Source: Eledone cirrhosa (taxonomy: Eukaryota). Taken from it: a stretch of DNA of 64,000 nucleotides. The notes under the pieces were generated by a model. That model did not search any database. It saw only the letters and a list, made by a program, of their open reading frames with translations, and was not told where the DNA came from. Where the stretch lies: positions 97,526,001 through 97,590,000 of the forward strand of contig OZ024742.1 of NCBI GenBank assembly GCA_964016885.1, given 5' to 3'. Of this stretch, positions 12,223 to 22,520 are shown in pieces; within the stretch, counting starts at the first letter, position 1; every line of letters starts with the position of its first letter. Position numbers and translations under genes: made by a program.

Positions 12223-12533
12223 TACCCATCTGCCAGATAGTTGAACGTTCGAAAGTATATACTTTCCTTATGAAAATTAACGGCTGAGCAGCCTAATTTG
12301 CATATTGAGTGAGTTAAATCGGTCAGGCATACCGAAAACGATAAGTTGAAAAAAAAAAATGAAAACGAAATTTCATTTCTCACTCTTAGTATGGCACTTA
12401 CTTTTATCAACTTATCGTTTTCGGTATGCCTGGCCGATTTAACTCACTCAATATGCAAATTAGGCTGCTCAGCCGTTAATTTTCATAAGGAAAGTATATA
12501 CTTTCGAACGTTCAACTATCTGGCAGATGGGTA

Positions 12534-12578
12534 AACGGTGCTGATGATAGCTAACAAGCTTGAAACTAGTACATCGTT
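12534..12578 (+). ncRNA. Type I minimal hammerhead ribozyme (family A, inverted copy)
   Basis: Stem I AACGGTG/CATCGTT, core CTGATGA 12541-12547, GAAAC 12562-12566, palindromic stem III ACTAGT, GUA cleavage predicted after 12571. Confidence 0.8.
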
Positions 12579-12727
12579 CCTGTGTCAGTGTTGAACAAAA
12601 AGGTGACGTGGTTGCCTTAACACCGTATGGCATAAATTCAGGCTGTTCAGTTTGTTTACAAACGAACAAAGCGGCGTTATAATAAGCGTCCGCTAAACTG
12701 ATGCGTGCATATATGTATGTGTACCTG

Positions 12728-12765
<38 letters not shown>

Positions 12766-12799
12766 TGCTACTGTACGTCTGTATACATATATGTATGTT

Positions 12800-13618
12800 T
12801 ATCCCTCCTTTCTGAAACAGTACAGAGAATTACGGAATACCTCGGCCTGGGGACCGTGTCTACATTTTGTGCTTATAAAAAAAATTCGTCATAGATTACC
12901 AGGGGTTTAACTTAATTGGGTGCTTGAGAGTAAAATGTTCAACCCACGAAAGCCAAGACGATAGGGTTAAATAAAAAGGCATTCGACAAACCGAACATGT
13001 ATTTGTTGTGCTATGGTACAATGAGTGCAAGAGTTATAGAGCAGCAAGCATGTGTGACTGCAGTGGTGGAGAAAATGAAGGAATTTAGTTGGAAACTTTT
13101 AAGGTTACCGGCCCTAACGCAACCAAAATGCTAAACAATGCGGTCCCCGTGCAAACATTTGATATCTTTTTCAGTCAAGAATATTCGTGAAATATAAGTA
13201 ATGCATATGCATAGTTTGAAAAAAATCGGTTGGGTACTTCTCGAGTTACAGGCCCTAACGCAACCAAAAAGCATTAAAAAATCGGTTTTTCGCCTAATGC
13301 GGTCCCTGGGGAAAAAAATGAGAACATCTTTTTTTGCTCAAAACACTTTAAACAAAATAATTTAAATTTTGAAGAAATTGCCTGGATTATTGTTCCGTTA
13401 TGCCTCAAAAAAGCCTTTAAATCCTAAAATATGCGAATTTTCGCCTAATGCGGTCTTGAGGGCATGCAAAATTCGAAATAATTTTTGCTCAAAACACTCA
13501 CACGCCCATAAGTATTACATGTGTAAAGTTTGAAAAAAACCGCTTGGATGGTTCTCCAGTTTTAGGGAGACAGACATACATACAGACAGACAGACATTCT
13601 CTGTTTTAGATATATAGA
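12800..13618 (-). mobile_element. Non-autonomous Helitron-like element, 5' portion
   Basis: Minus strand starts TCTATATATCTAAAACAGAGAATGTCTGTCTG (TC start plus CTGT microsatellite); internal subrepeats; second copy of this end at 18590-18721. Confidence 0.6.
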
Positions 13619-13632
13619 TAATATATATAATA

Positions 13633-13660
13633 CTAGCAGAATGGCCCGGCGTTGCTCGGG
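13633..13660 (-). mobile_element. Helitron 3' terminus
   Basis: Minus strand: GC-rich hairpin CCCGAGCAACGCCGGG, 8-nt spacer, CTAG then T; same terminus at 36584-36611. Confidence 0.75.
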
Positions 13661-13694
13661 ATTTTCTCTAGGGTTCTTATATAGAGTTCTTATA

Positions 13695-14180
13695 CATTCA
13701 TGATTTTCAACAAACAGGTGGAGTACTTATCTTTGATAAGTACCAAAAAAGTACTAAACAGAGCTCTGTCAGCTTTATCTCCCCTGTTTGCTGAACATTT
13801 AAAGTAAGTGAGACTGTTACTACTCTAAATCAATAGCGTAACGTCTTCGAAATGCTTTTAATTATGCATACAGTGTATTGCAAAATACACTATATATACA
13901 TTCATATATATATATCGCTATTTCAGAGCACCAATTTTAATCTTCGATTTCTGCTTCACCGGTAAACGCTCTGTATGATCAGTTCCTGATTATTACTAGA
14001 ATTCTATAAGAATCAAACATTCATGATTTTCAGCAAACAGGTGGAGTACTTAGATTTGATAAGTACCAAAAAGTACGAAACAGAGCCCTGTTTGCTGAAA
14101 ATTTTAAATAAGTGAGACTGTCACTACTCTAAAACAATAGCGTAAGGTCTTCGAAATGCTTATAATTAAGCATACAATGT
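13695..14180 (+). repeat. Retrozyme-like direct repeat family B (period 323 nt) with U3-A8 hammerheads
   Basis: 13695-13895 repeated at 14018-14200; TTGATAA GTAC loop GTAC (G/T)AAAC AGAGC.. at 13733 and 14056. Confidence 0.75.
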
Positions 14181-14191
14181 ATTGCAAAATA

Positions 14192-14280
<89 letters not shown>

Positions 14281-14283
<3 letters not shown>

Positions 14284-15541
14284 CGAAGGAAATGTGGTAA
14301 GGAACCAGGTGGACCATAACGCACCAAAGTACTCAATACTAGTAGAGTGGGTAATAGGAACCAGTAAGACCCCGACGGCTGAAATAAAGGAAGCGATAAA
14401 AGAATAATTATTCTTTTATCGCTTCCTTTATTTCCTTCCCCCCATCCCTCCTTAGTCCTTCTACCCCAGCTCCTCTTCTTTGTCGGCGTCTTTTCTCGCC
14501 CACCCGAGGCTGCCCTTTGGCCCCTTGTAGCCTTAGTACCCCCACCCCCTCCCCTAGTCTATGATAGATTTGGCGGACTCCGCTTTTTATAGCAGTTGGT
14601 TTAGACCCCGGATACTTGCCCCCTTTTTCCGACCGCTCCCACTATTTTCCGTGCCTTCTATATTTCTTAGTGGCACTTATGCCTTATTTTCTCGTTTCAG
14701 TATTTCTTTCTTCGCTTTTCTTTTGGGCGGGGTGGATTCTGAATTTATTTTTCCGTATTCTACCTTTACTTCGTACGAACTTTCATGTAGCTTGTCTAAG
14801 ATCTTTTAGAGTTAGCATTAGTATATATTTTTTTCGGGACTCAGAATTATTATCTCGTACTAGTTTACTTTGCTGCACTAGGTGGTTGCTGGCATTGTGC
14901 CCGGGACAGAAACCTTTATTATTTATTTCGTGGTAGTCTCTTTAGTATTTTGGCCCCATTTGTTGACCTGTCACCGTATGATTTACGTACTTATACCTCT
15001 TAAAAGTGTCCTTGCCTATCCGTCCCACCTAGTTCATTTACTTATTTCGTTATTTCTTTATTTCTTTTTTTACTTCTTTCTTTCTTTATTTATTTATTTA
15101 TCAGCCTAACAATAGCTAGAGACTTAGGTCGTAGAACTTGCTTTACTTTTTTCTTTACACTTATTCGCTTTTCTCCACTCTCAGTATTTTTTCTTTCATA
15201 TATATTTTTACCCCTCATTGTTCTACCTACCGTTCCGACTTCCTCCCCCTCCCCCTCCCCAGTATCTTCTTTGACCTCATGCCCAGCTGTAGCTGGCACT
15301 ACCAACGCTTGATTGGGTCTACTCCACCCCCTCCCCTCTTTCTCCTACTGGCAGGTTTAGCCACCATCTCCCCTACTAATTTGCAATCACAGAATTACTA
15401 CTGACTTTTGACAAAAACTTTGACCATATATGGAATTACCCCTTGAGAAGATCGGCTATTTAAATACCAGGATAAATTTTCATTTAGTCCAGAATTAGCC
15501 GTCGAAACGGCTTGAGCTCAGCCGTCGTGGTCTTACTGGTT

Positions 15542-15545
<4 letters not shown>
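14281..15545 (+). mobile_element. Non-coding PLE-like 3' region (family C) with terminal HHR and inverted tail copy at the 5' end
   Basis: 14355-14382 is the reverse complement of 15518-15545; perfect 54-bp palindrome at 14381-14434; related fragment at 18245-18575. Confidence 0.65.
15438..15531 (+). ncRNA. Type I hammerhead ribozyme, U3-A8 variant
   Basis: ACCCC TTGAGAA GATCGGCTA...TAGCCGTC GAAAC GGCT TGAGCTC AGCC GTC GTGGT; the inverted tail copy reads GGGGT, which would pair perfectly with ACCCC. Confidence 0.72.
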
Positions 15546-15584
<39 letters not shown>

Positions 15585-15586
<2 letters not shown>

Positions 15587-16650
15587 GTAGAACTCTGGAA
15601 GGTAATATCCGTAGTGGTAGAGCACTCAGTCCATGGGACGAGTTAGGTAGAAGTGGTTTCACAACAGTTAGTTAACCATACCGAGAAAAATTGTTTCACC
15701 TTAGCGGATCCTCAGCTCGTAATGGACATGGTTATACGGAACAGGAAGGACAACTGTACGAACGCGCATGCGCGGAAACGATCACTTCAGACAGGCAATA
15801 CTAAATTGCGTGTGAGAGGTGTAAGGGAGATAACTGCGAAAGTCAGAAAGTTTCTAGTTGATAAGAAAATTAGGATGTTGTTGTAATTCAATCCGGAGCT
15901 TTGTAGTTATGTAAGAGGTGTTTCCAGACGTGTGGACAACGTGTGAAAAATTCATTTCTCGTGTTTAGGCAATCACTATTGCGTAATCTCTTTAGAATAT
16001 TTATTCGTTCATCAATACATAGTCCACACGACGGATTTCCCCTTGCGTATGGCTTTCAATTGAATGGAGTAGTCTATACTTGAGTCCTTGAGGGACCATA
16101 CCTGGCTCGCGAGTTTCGTGGATGAACGTCTGTCAGGGTACCTAAAGGTCGACTGTTGGTTCAGGAAGCGTTCCTTAAATCGGCCCTCCACCATACCCAC
16201 AGAGGATTTGACCGCCTGTGGTTGATTTGGTCGGTTAGAAGTGACCACAGCGTCATAAACTACAGCGGGTGTGTTGGATTGCTGTTGAAGGGAACAAGCT
16301 TCGGGCTTACAGCAAAAACACCCTGGTAGGGTGTTACTCCTAGGGCTGTTGGTGATGAGGGCCGTCATGTTCTTAGCGCAGGAGTATCCTAATTTTACTT
16401 TGTGTTGGTTAAAAATGATCGGTATTTATGACCTAGGGGAAAGTGTCTATCTAAGAGGGCTAGAAATTTTTTGCCTACATTGGTTTTAACGTTGAGTGAG
16501 AAGGGAGGAGAGAACCAGATAGTTTGTCTATTGTTACGCTTTCTCTTCTTATTGCTGGTGTTGTTAGTGGGAGAGTAAGTGATAGGTTGCGAGAAGCCGC
16601 TGTTAGCTAACACCGTGTTATAGCAGGGTGTCGCCCTGTCAAAGATAAGG
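15585..16650 (-). mobile_element. Penelope-like element, 5'-truncated (linker + GIY-YIG remnant + 3' region with degenerate HHR at 15682-15719)
   Basis: IWFSPPFSLNVKTNVGKKFL, VVYDAVVT...VGMVEGRFKERF...STKLASQVWSLK. Confidence 0.85.
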
Positions 16651-16673
16651 CTATCTTTGACAGGGTGGCACCC

Positions 16674-18072
16674 AATTTCTCCTAATACAATATTTATGAA
16701 TGGTTGTAACTGTAGAATCAAAATAAATTGCCCATTAAAGGGAAATTATCTTATTAATAACATAGTCTATAAATGTGTAATTAGCACTAAGGACTCCACT
16801 CAATCCTATATAGGAGCTACGTCTAACCAATTTAAAGTAAGATTTAATACCCACAAACATAATTTTAAAAATGCCGCATTATCTAATACAACCTCCTTGG
16901 CTGAAGCAATTAATAATATAGAAAGAGGGATATTGATTACAACCTGACCTGGAGCGTGCTCAAAAGGGCCACCTCTTATCAAAATAGCAGATATGAGTGT
17001 AGGTTATGCTCCCAAGAACTATTTCAAAACATGAAATCTAATGATATCCTATTAAATAAGCGACAGCAATTAATTATATCATGCAATCATAGAATTAGAA
17101 AAACCTTCAAATATTATAAACTTAATTAGTATATACCTCACTCTTATATTTTACAAACCATTATGATTAATTAAAAAAAAATGTTAATTCAATTAACTTA
17201 TAATTAGAAATTTACTACAGAGAATTTCATAATTTTATTTCCCTCTTACAGCTCACTTTACCTAAAGTTATCTTTAACCTCACTACGTCTTTTAACCACA
17301 TCCCCTATTTATCACATTTAATACCTAGGATTATTAAATATAATTAATATCTTTAATACTATGGATGTTTAGATAGATACACTGCTTTTTATAAAATTTT
17401 ATCTATTTCAGTTTTTCTATATATATTTTTTATTTTTTTTTATTTTTTACTTCTTTATTTATCACATTCATAAGAATTGATATAATTTTAACTCTGTAAG
17501 TATACCTATCAATTAAGTTAATTTCCTTTTATGTATCTAGGTTCCTTGAAATTTAAATAAGATTAGTATTTCTCACTAACACTCTCATCCCAACAAATTT
17601 CTTTCCCTTCGCTCTTAATAGCATTTTTCAATAACATTAAATTCTCTGGGACTCCTTCACTATCTCCTTGACTTGACCTCATTTTAACCCCTTTCTTTCT
17701 CTTCCCCATTGTATTCTTTTCAAAGCATAAATTTACATTCCTCCACTCCTAGCATCAAGTTCTACTACTGTAATTCTATCAATTTGACCTCTAACTCTTT
17801 TCTATTGGTCCATTCAAAACCTGTTCCCAAACAGACCTTTTATATTAACACTGTGTTTCTTTCAATAAACATACTTCACCATTTCTGAAGATGGCATGTG
17901 TAGATGAAGGTATGTATATCTCCTCTGATAATTTGTAATATTTTTTTACATAGATCTTTAACATGATATACATACCAACACACATATATCCCAGAAACGA
18001 TCGTAAAATGATGACTTTTTCAATATAAGGAACCTGTTCTTTGTTTTTATTTCATTGTTTTTATTAATTTAA
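16674..18072 (+). mobile_element. Penelope-like element, 5'-truncated (GIY-YIG + long 3' UTR + HHR)
   Basis: CNCRIKINCPLKGN..NIVYKC..SYIGATSNQFKVRFNTHK; HHR at 17880-18010. Confidence 0.88.
17880..18010 (+). ncRNA. Type I hammerhead ribozyme with a very long stem II
   Basis: CATTT CTGAAGA TGG...CCA GAAAC GATC GTA AAATG; palindromic stem III ACGATCGT; stem II of about 100 nt with ggtatgtatatc/gatatacatacc pairing. Confidence 0.8.
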
Positions 18073-18135
18073 TATATAATATATATATATATAATAGATA
18101 TAATATATATATAATATATATAATATATATATATA

Positions 18136-18167
<32 letters not shown>

Positions 18168-18211
18168 ATATATATAATATATATATAATATATATAATAT
18201 ATATATATAAT

Positions 18212-18243
<32 letters not shown>

Positions 18244-18244
18244 A

Positions 18245-18575
18245 CCAGAAAATGTTTTTTTTATATTTTTATCATTCTTATTATTCTTTTATATATTTAC
18301 TCCATATTGATGTACTTATTGTTTCGACTTCCTCCCCCTCCCTAGTATACTTTCTCGACCTCTTATCCTTAGGATCCTGCTGTAGTTGGCACTATCAACG
18401 CACGACTGGGTTTCGACCACTCCCTCTCCCTCTTTCTTCTACTGGCAAGTTTACCCCTACCTTCCACAAAATGCCATGATAGATTTATGTGTCTCAACAA
18501 CAAGCTTTGGCCAATCCTTGTGACAATCACTTTTACCATATATGGAATTACCCCCTGAGAAGCTCGGCTATTCAT
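18245..18575 (+). mobile_element. Fragment related to family C PLE-like 3' region, cut within the HHR
   Basis: Similar to 15190-15460 (ctgtagttggcactatcaacgc, atatggaattaccccctgagaagctcggcta). Confidence 0.65.
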
Positions 18576-18589
18576 GTTGAAATATTTTT

Positions 18590-18721
18590 TGAAATATTTT
18601 TTGCTCAAAACACTCACACGACCATAATTATTACATGTGTAAATTTGAAAAAATCGGTTGGGTGGTTCTCGAGTTTTAGGGAGTCAGAGAGACAGACATT
18701 CTCTGTTTTAGATATATAGAT
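18590..18721 (-). mobile_element. Helitron-like 5' end fragment
   Basis: Matches 13480-13618. Confidence 0.55.
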
Positions 18722-19046
18722 AATATATAACTTAACTTTGATAGGCTTCGGCCAGTATTGGCCCTAGGCCATGTCTAACTTAATAGCACCACCAGGCGAA
18801 GTGTTACAAATCAGGGTTGGGGCATCATGGCCCACTCGAGCAGAAAGTTATTGTTTATGTGTGCATACACACACTCAGATAAAAGTAATATATATATATA
18901 TACAAACGTATATATATATATATATATATATAAAGAATTAGTATATCTACCGACATATGTATACAGATGCATACCTATACTAGCAAATATATATGTTTTG
19001 TCTTAGTAACTTTGTGGTTCTATGCAAGGGGATGCAGAACAATTAT

Positions 19047-19446
19047 ATGAAAGACGTAAATAAGAAAGTTATGAAAATTGACTTACTTCCTAAAATTTCA
19101 CTCCAACTAATTAGTTTCTGTAAGTGGATAAATATGGTTACGGAGTGTATCCATAGAGAAGCCTTACGTCATCAGAGAGTCTATTCTCAGCTAAGCTTCC
19201 AGGCAATGCGGGGACACTGTCTTGGAATCTAGCCCCGCTCGCTTTTTTCCATCCACTGAATTATTTTTATATAAGTTCCCAGTGTCCCCGCATTGCCTGG
19301 AAGCTTAGCTGAGAATAGACTCCCTGATGACGTAAGGCTTCTCTATGGATACACTCCGTAACCATATTTATCCCCTTACAGAAACTAATTAGTTGGAGTG
19401 AAATTTTAGTAAGTAAGTCAATTTTCATAACTTTCTTATTTACGTC

Positions 19447-19452
<6 letters not shown>
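19047..19452. repeat. Palindrome with about 170-bp arms, one HHR per arm
   Basis: 19047-19219 is the reverse complement of 19280-19452. Confidence 0.9.
19319..19399 (+). ncRNA. Type I hammerhead ribozyme (mirror copy on minus strand at 19100-19180)
   Basis: ACTCC CTGATGA C GTAAGG...CCTTAC A GAAAC TAATTA GTT GGAGT. Confidence 0.8.
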
Positions 19453-19515
<63 letters not shown>

Positions 19516-19731
19516 AACGTACATGTACACGGACATACACATATACACACACATATATACACAGACACATGTATATGTATGCACACATGTCTTTTTCTAT
19601 ATTGCTATATATTTTTATATATTATTTTTCTTACCCTTCTTTTCTTATGTATATTTCCTGTTAATTTTCCAGTCTCACTTCCAATTTTTAACAGATTTTA
19701 AATCTCATTTCATATTTTTTATCCATAACAT

Positions 19732-19799
19732 CTCTGTCTGACGACCGTTCCAGACGTATATTATTATTGTCTGGGATCCAGAAACCTTTGGTAATGGAG
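19732..19799 (+). ncRNA. Hammerhead-like motif, partly degenerate
   Basis: CTCTGT CTGACGA CCGTTCCAGAC...GTCTGGGATCCA GAAAC CTTTG GTA ATGGAG; base of stem II mismatched. Confidence 0.6.
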
Positions 19800-20375
19800 T
19801 AGTTATATGTTGTGCTATTTACTTTCTAATTATATATATATATATATACACACACATATATATATAACCTATGTTTATTGCTCTAGTCTTTTAGGCTATG
19901 GAGCGCTTGCCAGCATGACTCAGAATTTGCGTTACGTTTCGCTTTTTCTACCCGCTGAAATGCGATTCTCGCTGAATTTATATTTGTATTAATCTCCCAA
20001 GCCTTACAATTAACCTGTTAATAATTCTATTGACAGATTAATTGTATAAGTTTATTTTTAAAACCACCCGGTTGAGTGCTTATTCGATTTGTGCTATTTA
20101 TGCAATGTTTGGCATGATTTACACATACTGAATTCATTTGCCAAAATCCAAGGTTTTTCCCCTGTGAGTTACACATATGCTTTTACGGAACACTCTGTCA
20201 TCCACAATACTGGTGCAGAACAAAATACCTGTTAATAACGTGATATTCCTTGTTCGATCACTATACCAAAAGCTTATTGTTTTAAGCAGAAAGTAATATT
20301 GATTTAGGTGTCGCAGAAACACTGTACTGGATTTTACCATCAATTCCAAGGGTCTAGGTTTGTTATATATATATG

Positions 20376-20422
<47 letters not shown>

Positions 20423-20451
20423 TATTTTTCTATATATATATATATATATAT

Positions 20452-20927
20452 ATACAATATTAAATAAATGGAAAACTATATTTATAAAACCATATTTATT
20501 TCATTATATATATTTCGGGGATATCATATTAACAATATGCTATGCCTTCATCAGACAAAATACAATATAAACAGTTTTATAGATAAATATATTCGACATA
20601 CCGTAATAAACATCAACTTCATTTGAAGAGGTTCACTCTAGCAGTGAAAATACAGAGAGAAAGAAAGAGAGAGAGAAAAGAGGGAAATAAGAAAGAAAGA
20701 AAGACAAAACGAAGAAAAGGAAGAAAAAGAAGAAAAAGAAGAAATGCATGGGACAAAATAGAGAGATGGAAAAATAGATAAAGCGAAGAGCTTCATGTAA
20801 AGAGACCGAAAGATATATATATATATAGAGAGAGAGAGAGGAAATAGAGATAGATACATATATAAATATAGATATAGAAAAATTAGGTAGTGGGAGGTCA
20901 TTTTGAGTAAGTGTATCAATGATGCAT

Positions 20928-20962
<35 letters not shown>

Positions 20963-22009
20963 GCTCAAGTATTAATGTAAGGGAGATATATAGAGAGATA
21001 TAGAGAGATATAGAGAGAGAAAAATTTAAAAATAGCCAGACATATTCGAGGCGTAGAAAACTCTATGTTTTAATGTATTAGTATTTATAAAACTTACACT
21101 ATATTGTAAATATCAGTATTCCTGAATGAAACAAGTATTCACAATGCGTGAAAATTCATTATCTTATGTTTAGTTTTTAAAAAAAAATTCATATGTCTAT
21201 GTGAATCCAACTGATTCACTCCGCAAATTCAAAGTTACCGGAAAACATTCTCAATGTGGTATAAAAATTTGAGCGTATTATTATTCTTGCGATTACTCTA
21301 CAAGATTATCTATCAAGCAGAAATAGAGAGCAGATTTCAATAATGATAGAATAGAAAACTAAAAAAGAATATTACGAAAGAATATTACATAATAAAAATA
21401 TTGCATATTAAAAATACTACGTATTAAAAATATTACGTATTAAAACTTTACATATAAAAATATTAAAAATATTAAAAATAATTAAAAAAATAAAAATTTA
21501 CATATAAAAAAAATTTACATATAAAAATATAAAAAAAAAAATAAAATAAAATAAAAAAAAATAAAAAAAAAATAAAAAATAAAAAAAATAAAAAATAAAA
21601 ATATAAAAATATTATAGAATACTACAATACTAAAAGAATAAAAATAAAAATAAAAATAAAAATAAAAATAAAAATAAAAATAAAAATAAAAATAAAAATA
21701 AAAATAAAAATGAAAATAAAAATAAACCACAAAGAACAACCCTTCAAGGTTAATTGACAATATATTGTCAAGTTCACTACAAGACAAAGCCAAAAATTAT
21801 CTATCAAATCACATCTAGCAAGGAATATCGCAAAAAAGATTATGATGTCCAATAATGTCTACATATGTTCCTATATTTAATATATAAGTTTATCAAGTGT
21901 AAGGTTAATTCAGAAAATTTGGAGCATCGGCTTTTAGGTTTTTTAAATTTTTCTCTCTCTATATCTCTCTATATCTCTCTATATATCTCCCTTACATTAA
22001 TACTTGAGC

Positions 22010-22044
<35 letters not shown>

Positions 22045-22520
22045 ATGCATCATTGATACACTTACTCAAAATGACCTCCCACTACCTAATTTTTCTATAT
22101 CTATATTTATATATGTATCTATCTCTATTTCCTCTCTCTCTCTATATATATATATATCTCTTTCGGTCTCTTTACATGAAGCTCTTCGCTTTATCTATTT
22201 TTCCATCTCTCTATTTTGTCCCATGCATTTCTTCTTTTTCTTCTTTTTCTTCCTTTTCTTCGTTTTGTCTTTCTTTCTTTCTTATTTCCCTCTTTTCTCT
22301 CTCTCTTTCTTTCTCTCTGTATTTTCACTGCTAGAGTGAACCTCTTCAAATGAAGTTGATGTTTATTACGGTATGTCGAATATATTTATCTATAAAACTG
22401 TTTATATTGTATTTTGTCTGATGAAGGCATAGCATATTGTTAATATGATATCCCCGAAATATATATAATGAAATAAATATGGTTTTATAAATATAGTTTT
22501 CCATTTATTTAATATTGTAA
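20452..22520. repeat. Near-perfect inverted repeat, arms of about 580 bp around a spacer of about 900 bp, one HHR per arm
   Basis: 20452-21032 mirrors 21940-22520 (ORF track gives almost identical 93-aa translations on opposite strands). Confidence 0.92.
22410..22475 (+). ncRNA. Type I hammerhead ribozyme (mirror copy on minus strand at about 20497-20562)
   Basis: TATTTTGT CTGATGA AGGCATAGCATATT GTT AATATGATATCCCC GAAAT ATAT ATA ATGAAATA. Confidence 0.7.

Larger units (their letters stand above)
11402..12800. repeat. Retrozyme-like tandem repeat family A: two 468-bp direct units plus one inverted unit, each with an HHR
   Basis: Near-identical units (identical ORF-track translations at 11478-11819, 12087-12287 and 12469-12669); inversion point at about 12402. 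Confidence 0.88.

Noticed and set aside
11478-12669. Repeated 66-aa ORF (MFVCKQTEQPEF...)
   Set aside because: It recurs only because the repeat units are nearly identical; it is antisense to the ribozyme and not preserved in the diverged copy at 4790-5350
20134-20360. Possible hAT transposase remnant on the minus strand
   Set aside because: Only a vague resemblance across stops; cannot be supported without a profile search
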